64,000 nt of DNA, from assembly GCA_028286615.1 (NCBI GenBank), contig JAQBRG010000004.1:111867-175866 (forward strand), in the 5' to 3' direction. Each line of letters opens with the position of its first letter. Within the stretch, counting starts at the first letter, position 1. Source of the DNA: Parcubacteria group bacterium (GTDB taxonomy: Bacteria; Patescibacteriota; Minisyncoccia; Phycocordibacterales; Phycocordibacteraceae). The notes under the pieces are model-generated. The model ran no database searches and was not told where the DNA came from. It saw only the letters and a list, made by a program, of their open reading frames with translations. Positions 26,458 through 36,216 of this stretch are shown here, in pieces. The position numbers and the translations under genes were made by a program.

Positions 26458-27198
26458 ATGCTTATTGTCGGAAATTGGAAAGCGTACGTAGAAACGGTTG
26501 AAAAGGCCAAGAAGTTGTTTGCTTCTGCAAAGACTTTGGCTAGCAAGGGAGAGACGGAAATTGTAGTTGCTCCTCCAGCTCCATACCTCGGCGTTATTTC
26601 AGGAGGGAAGAATAAGGTAGCACTTGCTGCTCAAGATGTTTCTATAACTACCGGAGGCGCGCAGACAGGAGAAGTAACGGTTGCGCTCCTCGCGGAACTT
26701 GGTGTTACGTACGCTATTGTCGGACATTCCGAACGACGTGCTCGCGGAGAAACAGATGCGATGGTTGCGGAGAAGGTTCGTCATGCTCTCGCGCACGGCA
26801 TTACCCCCATTCTTTGCATAGGCGAAAAGGAACGAGATCCTGACGCGCAGTACCTAAAGCGTATCCGCGAAGAGATAACTTCAGTGTTCGTAGCACTCTC
26901 ACAGAAAGAACGTATGCAGATTGTTATCGCGTACGAACCTATATGGGCTATTGGGAAATCTGTACTTGAAGCCATAACCCCAGCAGAACTTGCTGAGATG
27001 GTGCTTTATATAAGAAAGGTGCTCGGAGAATTTCTTCCTGGACGCGGAAACCTGAAGTCCAGAGTTTTGTATGGAGGTTCAGTTGAGCCTGCTAATGCGC
27101 GACAGCTCGCAGCCGGCAGCGGTATTGATGGATTCCTTGTAGGGCGTGCAAGTACTGATGCTGCTACGTTTGCTGCGTTAGTTAAAGCAGTCTCTTAA
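26458..27198 (+). CDS. tpiA: Triosephosphate isomerase
   Basis: The segments IVGNWK, AIVGHSERR and IAYEPIWAIGKS, plus the active-site His and Glu context, identify TIM. Confidence 0.9.
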   Translation: MLIVGNWKAYVETVEKAKKLFASAKTLASKGETEIVVAPPAPYLGVISGGKNKVALAAQDVSITTGGAQTGEVTVALLAELGVTYAIVGHSERRARGETDAMVAEKVRHALAHGITPILCIGEKERDPDAQYLKRIREEITSVFVALSQKERMQIVIAYEPIWAIGKSVLEAITPAELAEMVLYIRKVLGEFLPGRGNLKSRVLYGGSVEPANARQLAAGSGIDGFLVGRASTDAATFAALVKAVS

Positions 27199-27202
27199 AA
27201 GT

Positions 27203-28348
27203 ATGCAGACGGTTCGCGACATCCCAATTCTCGAGAATATCCCTGTACTAGTACGTACGGCACTTAACGTACCTGTTAAGGACGGAAAGGTTGCGGGTGC
27301 CTTTCGTTTACATCGCGCACTTCCAACTATTAATTATCTTCGCGAGCGACATGCACGCGTTGTCCTAATTGGACACATTGGAGAGAAGGGAACAGAAACA
27401 CTTGAGCCCGTGTACCGAGCCATGAAGGAAATGGTGCCAGGACTTGAGTTCTGTCCGGTTACAACCGGTGAAGCTGCGCGTGCTGCTGTGCGGCAACTAG
27501 CACCAGGCGGCGTGCTTATGCTTGAGAACTTACGTAGAGACAAAGGAGAAGTTGGGAACGACAAGAAGTTTGCTACAGCGCTTGCCGAACTCGCTGACGT
27601 GTTTGTCATGGATTCCTTTGACGTATGTCACAGACCACACGCATCGGTTGTTGGGGTGCCTGAGCTGCTGCCGGCGTACGCAGGCCTTTTGGTTGAAGAA
27701 GAAGTGCGAGAACTTTCTAAAGCGCTTAAGCCAAAGCACCCATCGCTTGCGGTTATCGGAGGTGCAAAATTCTCAACAAAGGAACCAGTACTCAAGAAAC
27801 TTCTCGAACTGTACGACCATGTGTTTGTGGGAGGTGCACTCGCAAACGATTTCATGCAGGCACTTGGAAAACCTGTAGGAAAATCCCTTATATCAGGTGC
27901 AGACAAAGCTGCCGTCAAGATTCTTCTTGGAAACAGAAAGCTCGCTCTACCTCTTGATTACGTACTTGCTCCTATGGGTGCAGATAGAAGCGTAGGAAGA
28001 GTTGCTGCTACAGACGATGTGCAGCCAGAAGAAGCGATACTGGATGATGGGCCTAAGACTTCTGAAATGCTTAATGGATATGTCGCAAAAGCTAAGACAG
28101 TTCTTTGGAACGGACCTCTTGGAAACTACGAGCATGGATTTACTGATGGAACCGAAGCTTTTGCACACGCTATAGCAAAAAGTCCCACGCATTCTATCGT
28201 TGGAGGAGGGGATACTGTTGCTGCAATTGAGAAACGCGGGCTTACAGACCACATCTCATTCATTTCAACAGGAGGAGGAGCCATGCTCGATTTCTTAGCA
28301 TATGGAACGCTCCCAGGGCTAAAGGCTCTTGATAAGAAATATAAATAG
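27203..28348 (+). CDS. pgk: Phosphoglycerate kinase
   Basis: The segments LVRTALNVP, AVIGGAKFSTK and WNGPLG (the hinge/nucleotide site), at 381 aa, identify PGK. Confidence 0.9.
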   Translation: MQTVRDIPILENIPVLVRTALNVPVKDGKVAGAFRLHRALPTINYLRERHARVVLIGHIGEKGTETLEPVYRAMKEMVPGLEFCPVTTGEAARAAVRQLAPGGVLMLENLRRDKGEVGNDKKFATALAELADVFVMDSFDVCHRPHASVVGVPELLPAYAGLLVEEEVRELSKALKPKHPSLAVIGGAKFSTKEPVLKKLLELYDHVFVGGALANDFMQALGKPVGKSLISGADKAAVKILLGNRKLALPLDYVLAPMGADRSVGRVAATDDVQPEEAILDDGPKTSEMLNGYVAKAKTVLWNGPLGNYEHGFTDGTEAFAHAIAKSPTHSIVGGGDTVAAIEKRGLTDHISFISTGGGAMLDFLAYGTLPGLKALDKKYK

Positions 28349-28420
28349 GGTATAATACCCTTCAGAACCGCCCCATTCTGCCCCTGAGACGGGCTCAGTT
28401 ATTTTCTTGGAGAGATCAAG

Positions 28421-29059
28421 ATGGCTGCTGCAATTCCGATGCGTGAACAAAAGGTCGAAAGATCAAGGAAGCACAACAAGTCCGAGACCCCCGTGAAGTA
28501 CCTTTTGGACAGCCCAAAAATACATATCAAGTCGGGTTTTCTGGATATTTGTCTTCTCGCCTTGGTCCCGGAATCACAAGACCCTGCGCCCTTCGCGATG
28601 GAGGTCGCCGACGGCGAAGAGACGATGGGTGAGGTCCGTCCTTTGGAAGATGCCGAGGCACCTTCGTCCAAGACTCGGCGCAGAAGGAAGACGGAGATTG
28701 AAGGTCGATTTAAGGACGGTCTCCAGACTGATCTGCGCGGCGCACTTCGCAAATTCTACTCCTTGCATGATGAGATCGAGAAGGGTGGCACAAACTCGTT
28801 CATCCTGATCCTGATGCGAGGAAAGCAAGCGCTGCACATTGACTACGAAAAAGGGAGATCCAAGAAAGGATCCAAGAAGCCCTATCATGTACGAGTCGGT
28901 CCGTACAAAGAGACCCAGATTCCTGCAAAAGGATGGACCATCTACTTCCGTCCCTCGGACGACTATAAGCCTCCCAAACCCAAACCGGAGCCCGCACCAT
29001 TCGTTTCCAAGGCTCAACTCGCTGCCGAAGCTGAGCAACGAGCAGCAGCAGCCAACTAA
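28421..29059 (+). CDS. Hypothetical basic protein
   Basis: 212 aa, Lys/Arg/Pro-rich, with a C-terminal PKPKPEP segment and elevated GC. A terminator lies downstream. Confidence 0.4.
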   Translation: MAAAIPMREQKVERSRKHNKSETPVKYLLDSPKIHIKSGFLDICLLALVPESQDPAPFAMEVADGEETMGEVRPLEDAEAPSSKTRRRRKTEIEGRFKDGLQTDLRGALRKFYSLHDEIEKGGTNSFILILMRGKQALHIDYEKGRSKKGSKKPYHVRVGPYKETQIPAKGWTIYFRPSDDYKPPKPKPEPAPFVSKAQLAAEAEQRAAAAN

Positions 29060-29081
29060 AAATCTGTCCTACAGCTAAATA

Positions 29082-29131
29082 TTGTTTCAATACCTATTGA
29101 AACAACCCCCGGAGCTTTGCGGCCCCGGGGG
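29082..29131. terminator. Tandem hairpins forming a bidirectional terminator
   Basis: TTGTTTCAA-TACCTA-TTGAAACAA (perfect 9-bp AT stem) followed by a CCCCCGG...CCGGGGG GC stem. Confidence 0.5.
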
Positions 29132-29136
29132 ATCTT

Positions 29137-29556
29137 CTATTCTATGGAAAGCACCGCGCGAAGTTTCTCAGCCAGCTTGCTGCTCTCGCTCGGGTTGTAC
29201 GGCGTCTTTGCTTGCCAATGCGCGTACCCGTCATTCTCAAAACGAGGAATGATATGTACATGCGTGTGAAAGACAGCTTGCCCTGCAGGCTCTTCATTAT
29301 TCATTTGAATATTGATGCCGTCTGCGCCAACAGTCTCCTTAATAACTGGAGTGAGCTTGTGTACGGTTTTCATAACAGCAGCAAACGATTCCTGGTTTAT
29401 ATCTAAGAGATTGCGAGACGGTACTTTTGGAATAACAAGCGCATGCCCAAGGTTAATTGGGTGCGAATCAAGAAAAGCTAGCGTATCTTCGTCTTCGTGT
29501 ATGATTTCAGCCGGGATTTCCCGGTTGATTATCTTCATAAAAATAGTATCTTCCAT
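29137..29556 (-). CDS. HIT-family hydrolase (histidine triad protein)
   Basis: HTHVHIIPR is a histidine triad (HxHxHxx). Start taken at MEDTIFMKII. Confidence 0.8.
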   Translation of the reverse strand: MEDTIFMKIINREIPAEIIHEDEDTLAFLDSHPINLGHALVIPKVPSRNLLDINQESFAAVMKTVHKLTPVIKETVGADGINIQMNNEEPAGQAVFHTHVHIIPRFENDGYAHWQAKTPYNPSESSKLAEKLRAVLSIE

Positions 29557-29601
29557 ACCCTCAGCATACTGGTTCGGCGTTTCTGATACAATGCGCCCAC
29601 G

Positions 29602-31338
29602 ATGTTCTCTTTGCATGATCCTATTGATGACGAAGTACGCAAGGCTTTCGCTGCCTACGATGACTTTACTGCAGCACTCCTTTCAAGAAGGGGTATAAAA
29701 ACTAAAGAAGAAGCAGAAGCCTTTCTTTCTCCTTCCTATGACGAGCATATCCATGACCCTATGCTTATTACTGACATGCCTAAGGCCGCAGCACGTGTAG
29801 CGGCAGCGATTAATTCAGGAGAGCGGATAACGGTGTGGAGCGATTATGACTGTGACGGTATTCCAGGAGGCGTTATATTGCATGACTTCCTTAAGAAAGC
29901 AGGGGCCAATTTCACAAACTATATTCCGCACCGCCACCTTGAAGGATACGGAGTTAATACTGACGGCATAGAGAAGCTCGCGAAAGAGGGAACGAAGCTC
30001 GTTATTACCGTTGACTCAGGTATTACCGATAACGAAGCAGTTGCACGAGCTTCTGAACTTGGCATGGACGTTATTGTTACTGACCATCACTTGCCTGGGA
30101 AAGAACTTCCTCCTGCGTTTGCGGTAGTTGATCCTAATGCGCGCGTGGATGAGACCTATCCCTTCCGCGAACTATGTGGCGCCGCTCTCGCATGGAAACT
30201 CGTATGCGCAACACTCGCACAAGGATTTAATGGAAGAGAAAAGATTCCTGTTGGATGGGAGAAGTGGCTGCTCGATATGGCAGGCCTCGCAACCATTGCA
30301 GACATGGTCCCGCTCTCGGGAGAGAACCGAGTTATAGCAAAGTACGGACTCTACGTTATGCGTAAGTCTCCACGTATTGGTCTACAGAAACTCTGTAAGG
30401 CAGCTCGCGTTAATCAAAGATTTATTGATGAAGGTGATGTTGGTTTTATGATTGCGCCACGCGTGAATGCTGCATCTCGTATGGGAGACCCGCGCGAAGC
30501 ATTCAGACTTTTTACAACAGAAGACGAGAGTGAAGCAGAAACTTTAGCCAAGGGTCTTGAGTCTTTGAATCGAACACGTCGCGCAACCGCAGGAGCCATC
30601 ACTCGTGCAGTACATGAAAAGATAGAAGCGCGATTGCTTGAAGGAAAAGAATTAGGAACCGTTATCGCTCTTGGCGATCCTGATTGGCGCCCGGGACTTC
30701 TCGGACTTGTTGCAAGCGGCATTGCAGACGAATACGAGCGTCCAGTATTTTTGTGGGGAAGAGAAGGGAACGACACGCTCAAAGGTTCGTGTAGAAGCGG
30801 CCCAGGAAAAGTTAGCGTGAATGCAATTATGATTGCAGCGAAAGATACGTTTATCGAATTCGGAGGACATGCAGTTTCCGGAGGATTCTCTATTGCTCCC
30901 AATGCAGTGTTCGATCTTGAAGACAGACTCGTAGCGGCACTCGCATCCATGCCTGCAGGGGAATTAATTGAAATACCACGCGCAGATGGAGAGCTCACAC
31001 CCGAGCAGGCAACATCAAAACTTCTTTCAAGTCTTGAGAGGTTCGCTCCCTACGGCATGAAGAACGAGAAACCAAAGTTCGCTTTTCCAAATGTGCTTTT
31101 GCAGGAAGTGTCTTGGTTTGGAAAAGCCGGCGAACATCTCCGCATAAAAATACTTCGCGGAGACGAGCAGTTTCCAGACGTACCTCTCGAGGCAATCTGC
31201 TTTTATGCAAAACGCGAGCTTGGAAACATCTCTACCAAAATTGAACCAGGGGAGCGCAGACATGTGATGGCATTCCTTGAGAAGGACCAGTTCTCCCGAG
31301 GACAGCCAATTCGGTTGCGACTCATCGCCATTTCTTAA
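29602..31338 (+). CDS. recJ: Single-stranded-DNA-specific exonuclease RecJ
   Basis: DHH motifs (WSDYDCDGIPG, VDSGITD, VIVTDHH), a DHHA1 region and a C-terminal OB domain. Confidence 0.85.
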   Translation: MFSLHDPIDDEVRKAFAAYDDFTAALLSRRGIKTKEEAEAFLSPSYDEHIHDPMLITDMPKAAARVAAAINSGERITVWSDYDCDGIPGGVILHDFLKKAGANFTNYIPHRHLEGYGVNTDGIEKLAKEGTKLVITVDSGITDNEAVARASELGMDVIVTDHHLPGKELPPAFAVVDPNARVDETYPFRELCGAALAWKLVCATLAQGFNGREKIPVGWEKWLLDMAGLATIADMVPLSGENRVIAKYGLYVMRKSPRIGLQKLCKAARVNQRFIDEGDVGFMIAPRVNAASRMGDPREAFRLFTTEDESEAETLAKGLESLNRTRRATAGAITRAVHEKIEARLLEGKELGTVIALGDPDWRPGLLGLVASGIADEYERPVFLWGREGNDTLKGSCRSGPGKVSVNAIMIAAKDTFIEFGGHAVSGGFSIAPNAVFDLEDRLVAALASMPAGELIEIPRADGELTPEQATSKLLSSLERFAPYGMKNEKPKFAFPNVLLQEVSWFGKAGEHLRIKILRGDEQFPDVPLEAICFYAKRELGNISTKIEPGERRHVMAFLEKDQFSRGQPIRLRLIAIS

Positions 31339-31357
31339 GTTGGTATACTGAACCTAT

Positions 31358-31774
31358 ATGCATTTCACTATTTACGCGGACGGAGGAGCCAGAGGCAATC
31401 CGGGTCCCGCTGGAGCTGGAGCTGTTGTGCGAGACGAACAAGGCAAAACCATATCCGAAGTCTCGGAGTTTTTAGGACACGCAACCAACAATGTCGCAGA
31501 GTACACGGCGATAGTACGTGCGCTCGAGCAGCTAACAGACATTCTTAAGGACAAAGCAGGCGAAGCATCCGTAACCATCAATATGGATAGCATGCTCGTG
31601 GTTAAGCAGATGACAGGAGAATGGAAGCTCAAGCATCCAGGACTAAAACCACTCGCAGCGAGAGTTAAAGAGATGTGTGCCCTGTTTCACACGGTGACTT
31701 TCAACCACGTATATAGAGAGAAGAATAAGGATGCAGACGCGCTTGCTAACAGAGCAATGGATCTAGGCCGCTGA
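31358..31774 (+). CDS. rnhA: Ribonuclease HI-family protein
   Basis: DGGARGNPGPAGAGAV, NNVAEYTAIVRAL and REKNKDAD correspond to the RNase H catalytic D-E-D-D framework. Confidence 0.8.
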   Translation: MHFTIYADGGARGNPGPAGAGAVVRDEQGKTISEVSEFLGHATNNVAEYTAIVRALEQLTDILKDKAGEASVTINMDSMLVVKQMTGEWKLKHPGLKPLAARVKEMCALFHTVTFNHVYREKNKDADALANRAMDLGR

Positions 31775-31824
31775 TCTTATCAAAAAGTCATAATTATTTT
31801 ATCTCAGTGTGTTAACTTCTGCGG

Positions 31825-33318
31825 ATGCCAGGATACGGGCTCTCTGCAGCTCTCGGATTTACAGTCGGTGTAGGTCTTGGAACGTTTAGTGCGCTGTCTT
31901 GGCCGACATTACTATTCTTTGGCTTGCTTTCGCTACTGATTTTGGGCAGTGGTGTGTGGCCGGTGCGAAGAAACACCTGTATCGCCGTAGGCATATTTTT
32001 GCTCATGGTGGTACTAGGCGTTTGCCGTTTCATGGAAAGCGAACAGAGGAAAGTAGCCTCTGTGATGATAGTTCCGAGGTTCGGTGTTTCACAAGAAGGA
32101 AAGATCGTAGCGGACCCTGATATACGAGAGAGTTCGCAGCGCGTAACGGTTGAGATTGAAATAGAAGGAAAGAAGACACGAATTCTTGCCGTTACCCCTC
32201 TGTACCCTCAGCTTTCTTTCGGACAAAGAGTTCTTGTCTCTGGGACTCCTGAACTACCTAAACCCTTTGAGACAGATGGGGGACGAACATTCAGGTACGA
32301 CAAGTTTCTTGAGAAGGATGGCATCTTTGCCATCGTGCAGAAAGCGAATGTTAAAGTTCTCGGTCCTCCTGAAGGGCTGTTTGCTCAACTGCTTTCCTAC
32401 CTCTATCTTGGAAAACACATCTTTACGGATGCCCTTGGAGCGGCGCTTCCGGAACCCGAGTCCAGCCTCGCTGTTGGAATTCTCACAGGAGGAAAGCAGG
32501 GACTAGGAAAAGAATTGCTTGAAGCGTTTACGATTGCCGGACTCCTGCCTGTTGTTGTCTTGTCTGGATACAACGTGATGATTGTGGTTGAGGCAGTGCT
32601 GCGAATATTTTCTTTTCTGCCAAAGCGGATTTCCATTGTTGTGGCTGCGATAACCATTACGCTTTTCGTACTTGTTGCGGGTGCCGGGTCTTCAGCAGTC
32701 CGTGCAGGGTTCATGGCTGGACTCGGATTACTCGCACGATTTACTGACCGAACATACGATGTGCTGCGTGCGCTCATTATCGTACTTGTGGTGATGCTGA
32801 TAATTAATCCACTCTACCTTGTGTATGATCCTGGGTTTCAATTCTCATTCGCTGCAACACTCGGTCTTGTTCTCGGCTCGCCACTCGTACTAGAGAGACT
32901 CTCCTGGATCAAGGGAAGATTCTTACGAGAGATTCTTGCTTCAACAATTGCAGCTCAAGTATTTGTGCTCCCGCTTCTTCTGTACCAAACAGGAAATCTT
33001 TCTCTGGTCTCGCTTCCTGCAAATGTTCTTGTGCTTCCGGTTGTGCCGCTTGCGATGCTTTTCTCTGCGATAGCAGGAGTGTGCACTTTAGTGTTTCCCG
33101 CACTCGGACCCTTGATCGCTTTTCCTGCGTACACGCTTCTATGGTTCGTTATTGCTGTCGCAGAGAATATTGCACGACTCCCGTTTGCAGATGTTGTTAT
33201 TCCAATCTTTCCGTTTTGGGTTGTGGGTCTTTCGTACGTGGTTTTGTTTTGGATAGGAAAGAGAATAAAAAAGAACCAGTGGGATGACCCACTGGTTCAG
33301 ACTTCGAACAAGGACTAG
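31825..33318 (+). CDS. comEC: DNA internalization competence protein ComEC/Rec2, membrane channel portion (DUF4131 plus competence domain, no MBL domain)
   Basis: Polytopic membrane protein of 497 aa with an N-terminal OB-like region and a ComEC-type TM core (ILTGGKQGL...LLPVVVLSGYNVMIV...AGSSAVRAGFMAG). Confidence 0.7.
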   Translation: MPGYGLSAALGFTVGVGLGTFSALSWPTLLFFGLLSLLILGSGVWPVRRNTCIAVGIFLLMVVLGVCRFMESEQRKVASVMIVPRFGVSQEGKIVADPDIRESSQRVTVEIEIEGKKTRILAVTPLYPQLSFGQRVLVSGTPELPKPFETDGGRTFRYDKFLEKDGIFAIVQKANVKVLGPPEGLFAQLLSYLYLGKHIFTDALGAALPEPESSLAVGILTGGKQGLGKELLEAFTIAGLLPVVVLSGYNVMIVVEAVLRIFSFLPKRISIVVAAITITLFVLVAGAGSSAVRAGFMAGLGLLARFTDRTYDVLRALIIVLVVMLIINPLYLVYDPGFQFSFAATLGLVLGSPLVLERLSWIKGRFLREILASTIAAQVFVLPLLLYQTGNLSLVSLPANVLVLPVVPLAMLFSAIAGVCTLVFPALGPLIAFPAYTLLWFVIAVAENIARLPFADVVIPIFPFWVVGLSYVVLFWIGKRIKKNQWDDPLVQTSNKD

Positions 33319-33989
33319 GTTAGTGTTATTTGCAGCTTGAGAAAACTTTCACCTCGTCTTGTTCTGTATATGCTCGCTATCTTCTTAAACAGCTCGAAGT
33401 TTCCAACGGCCGGAGGATCGAGGACGTATGCTTCGAGCTTATCGATGTCTTCTTGCCGGACCAGCAAAACTTTCAGAATCCTGGTCCGCTTATCGTCAGA
33501 AAGGTCACGGATCAAACAGATTTGGTAACGGGTTTCGGTGTAGGGAAGTCCTGCGGCCCTTTTTGCTTCGTGCGTAGCAAAGGACGAAGCGATCCTGTCT
33601 CGTATTGGCCCCAGAAATATTTCTGTGTGCTTGCCGAAACTCAAGACGGGTTTGTCTGGTCTAGCCAAAATAGACTTCAGGACAACCGACACAAAGAGAA
33701 AACGGTTTTTCAGGTAGATGTCCCGGATAGAGAGCGTCGGTCCGAACACACGGCTCTGGCAAGCATCGGATTTCCCTTTCCAGATTAGCCCTCTTTGCTT
33801 TCGGTTGTGGTCGTTACGGGTAAAGTACATTCCCGCAATCTTGATATTCGTGAAGTCTTGCCGGGTTAGGGCAAGGTAGATATCGAGCGCATGATACAAC
33901 GCGTACGCGATCAACCCGACAATAATGGCGGCGAGGATCTTCACGAAGACCGAATCAAACAACCCTGTCATGTCCCACCTCCTCTTCAA
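33315..33989 (-). CDS. Hypothetical membrane-anchored protein
   Basis: ORF of 224 aa with an N-terminal TM helix. It is convergent with comEC (4-nt overlap). Confidence 0.4.
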   Translation of the reverse strand: MKRRWDMTGLFDSVFVKILAAIIVGLIAYALYHALDIYLALTRQDFTNIKIAGMYFTRNDHNRKQRGLIWKGKSDACQSRVFGPTLSIRDIYLKNRFLFVSVVLKSILARPDKPVLSFGKHTEIFLGPIRDRIASSFATHEAKRAAGLPYTETRYQICLIRDLSDDKRTRILKVLLVRQEDIDKLEAYVLDPPAVGNFELFKKIASIYRTRRGESFLKLQITLT

Positions 33990-34087
33990 GGTTCAATTTC
34001 TCCATATGGAGTCGGGGTCACATTAGAACTAATCCAGGAAAGCGTCAATTTTGCATAGTAATTTAGGAATTGAGTAGCAAAGAGAAA

Positions 34088-34118
34088 CTCCCGCGCTAAG
34101 CGGGAGCCTCTTTAATTC
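34088..34118 (-). terminator. Intrinsic terminator downstream of sodA
   Basis: CTCCCGC-GCTAA-GCGGGAG, followed on the minus strand by TTTCTCTTTGC. Confidence 0.7.
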
Positions 34119-34136
34119 GATCTAATAGTTGGAAGA

Positions 34137-34718
34137 CTATACGAACCGCTTCTCAACCGCAGTCCAATTCAAGTTATCTAGGAATGCTTCAACGTAGGTC
34201 TTCTTCTCTGCAGGAACGTAATCAACCATGTAGGCATGTTCCCAAAGGTCTATCGCAAGGATGATAGGAAGGCCAGCGAGCTGTCCTATCTCGTGATCGT
34301 TCACGAATGCAGTGTGAAGCGTGTCTGCAACCGCATCGAAGTAGGTAACAACCCAACCAATACCGCGAGTGCCGGCTACTTCTTTAAGATGAGCGATAAA
34401 CGCGTCCCAGCTGCCATACTTCTTAATTGCAGCTCGTACAAGCGCTCCATCTGCCGCAGGAGCCACTGCGCCGTCCTCAAGCTGAGAGAAGTAGTATTCG
34501 TGCATGCGCATGCCGTCAAACTCAAATCCGAGGCGTCGGCGAAGCTCGTTCATAGTGAAAGCGTTTCCTTCAGCGTCTTCTTCACGAAGCTTGGCAATCT
34601 TCTCAAGGATGAGGTTTACGTGCTTTACATAGCCTTCGTAAAGAGCGAGATGGACTTCTATCTGCTTGGCTGAGATTCCCTTAAGTTCAGGAAGGTTAAA
34701 TTTCTGTGCGGTGTACAT
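34137..34718 (-). CDS. sodA: Superoxide dismutase (Fe/Mn family)
   Basis: The metal-ligand motif DLWEHAYM (D-x-W-E-H-A-Y-Y/M), N-terminal helices containing His ligands, and a size of 193 aa. Confidence 0.85.
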   Translation of the reverse strand: MYTAQKFNLPELKGISAKQIEVHLALYEGYVKHVNLILEKIAKLREEDAEGNAFTMNELRRRLGFEFDGMRMHEYYFSQLEDGAVAPAADGALVRAAIKKYGSWDAFIAHLKEVAGTRGIGWVVTYFDAVADTLHTAFVNDHEIGQLAGLPIILAIDLWEHAYMVDYVPAEKKTYVEAFLDNLNWTAVEKRFV

Positions 34719-34756
34719 ATATGTCTTAGTTATCAGTGGCAAAAGTATACCTTTTC

Positions 34757-35215
34757 CTATATATTCTGGTGTTTTGAGTATAAATCGAGCACATCGTCTA
34801 CAGATTCTGAACGATTGAGGCTCTTGATCTCTTCAAGCGTAAACCAGCCGGCCTTGTCCACATTCTTAGTGTCTATCTTGTATTCAGGAGAATTAACTTG
34901 GGCGTGGAAAGCACACACCACATCCTTCTTGTACTGGCGGGTATGAAAATAGTTACCAATCGAGACCAGTTCTGCAGGGGCTACGGTTAGATCTCGTCTA
35001 ACTCGACGCCAGGCTGTTTCTTCTGGTGTTTCGTTACGCTTCTTGCGGCCTCCAGGAAGCGTCCAGTATTTAATACCGTATGTCTTGGTTATAAGGAGGA
35101 ATCGGTTTTCGTACTGAATAAGAAGCTTGGCGCTTTCGGCACGGGGCTCAGTTAGACGCCAAAAAGCGAGCTCCAAGGGACCTTTCATACGATTCCTGAG
35201 TCGTTTTAGAAACAT
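34757..35215 (-). CDS. NUDIX hydrolase
   Basis: Nudix box GGRKKRNETPEETAWRRVRRDL (G-x5-E-x7-R-E-x2-E-E). Start taken at MFLKRL. Confidence 0.75.
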   Translation of the reverse strand: MFLKRLRNRMKGPLELAFWRLTEPRAESAKLLIQYENRFLLITKTYGIKYWTLPGGRKKRNETPEETAWRRVRRDLTVAPAELVSIGNYFHTRQYKKDVVCAFHAQVNSPEYKIDTKNVDKAGWFTLEEIKSLNRSESVDDVLDLYSKHQNI

Positions 35216-35266
35216 TTTATATAGTGTACACGAAATTTTGAGGAATATCCGTATATACTCCCTCTT

Positions 35267-36142
35267 GTGAACATCTCTATTTCTCGTAGTCCTTGGATAG
35301 GAATTCTTGCCGTTACGCTCTTGGTTGGAGTAAATATTGCTGTTGCGGCTCTGGTTATCCATCCAGACAGCCCAAATTTGAAGGTCTCATTCTTAAATGT
35401 AGGGCAAGGAGACTCTATTTTGATACAAAGCCCTTCGGGTACGGATTTATTAATAGATGGAGGGCCGGATCGTGCAGTATTGCGAGAGCTTGGAAAGAAG
35501 CTGGGGCTATTTGATAGAAGTATCGATATGGTTGTTGAGACACATCCGGACAAAGACCATATCGCGGGACTTTCGGACGTCCTGGCACGCTACAAAGTGT
35601 CTACATTCATGAGCCCGAACGTTAAAAACGATACGGCAACCTTCGCTCGTCTTACAGATGCTGTGGCAAAGGAGCCGGGACTTACGAACATAATAGCCAA
35701 AAGAGGCATGCGCATTCATCTCGGAGACGGCGCGTACGCAGACGTGCTCTATCCAGACCACGACGTATCTGCCTTAACGGAGACCAATGACGGCTCAATC
35801 GTGCTCCACGTTGTCTATGGAGCAACATCTTTCATGCTAACGGGAGACCTGCCTTCAACGCTTGAAGACAAGATAATTACGTACGACAACAATGACGGGG
35901 TACTAAAGAGCCAGGTGCTCAAAGCCGGACATCATGGGTCTAAGACTTCAACGGACGCTGCGTGGCTCGCGGTAGTTGACCCGGACACGGTTGTTATTTC
36001 AGCAGGGAGGGACAATACATACGGACACCCAGCTCCTGACACGCTCGATAGGATACGTGCTTCAGGTGCCAGTATCCTCTCAACTATAGATAGCGGAACT
36101 ATCACATTCGTGAGTGATGGAAAGATTGTGAGGGAGGAGTAA
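35267..36142 (+). CDS. ComEC/Rec2-type metallo-beta-lactamase-fold protein (stand-alone MBL domain with an N-terminal TM anchor)
   Basis: SFLNVGQGDSILIQ and HPDKDHIAG (MBL His motifs), plus AGHHGSKTST, are typical of the ComEC C-terminal domain. Confidence 0.75.
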   Translation: MNISISRSPWIGILAVTLLVGVNIAVAALVIHPDSPNLKVSFLNVGQGDSILIQSPSGTDLLIDGGPDRAVLRELGKKLGLFDRSIDMVVETHPDKDHIAGLSDVLARYKVSTFMSPNVKNDTATFARLTDAVAKEPGLTNIIAKRGMRIHLGDGAYADVLYPDHDVSALTETNDGSIVLHVVYGATSFMLTGDLPSTLEDKIITYDNNDGVLKSQVLKAGHHGSKTSTDAAWLAVVDPDTVVISAGRDNTYGHPAPDTLDRIRASGASILSTIDSGTITFVSDGKIVREE

Positions 36143-36216
36143 GTCCAGCCGCCTCGACATTTCAAGTAAATTATTTTATAGTCCGATTTAAGTAACCAAT
36201 CAAATAGGAGGTTTAC

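Noticed and set aside
30414-30998. 194-aa minus-strand ORF within recJ
   Set aside because: It is antisense to recJ and has a Ser/Ala/Pro-rich low-complexity sequence.
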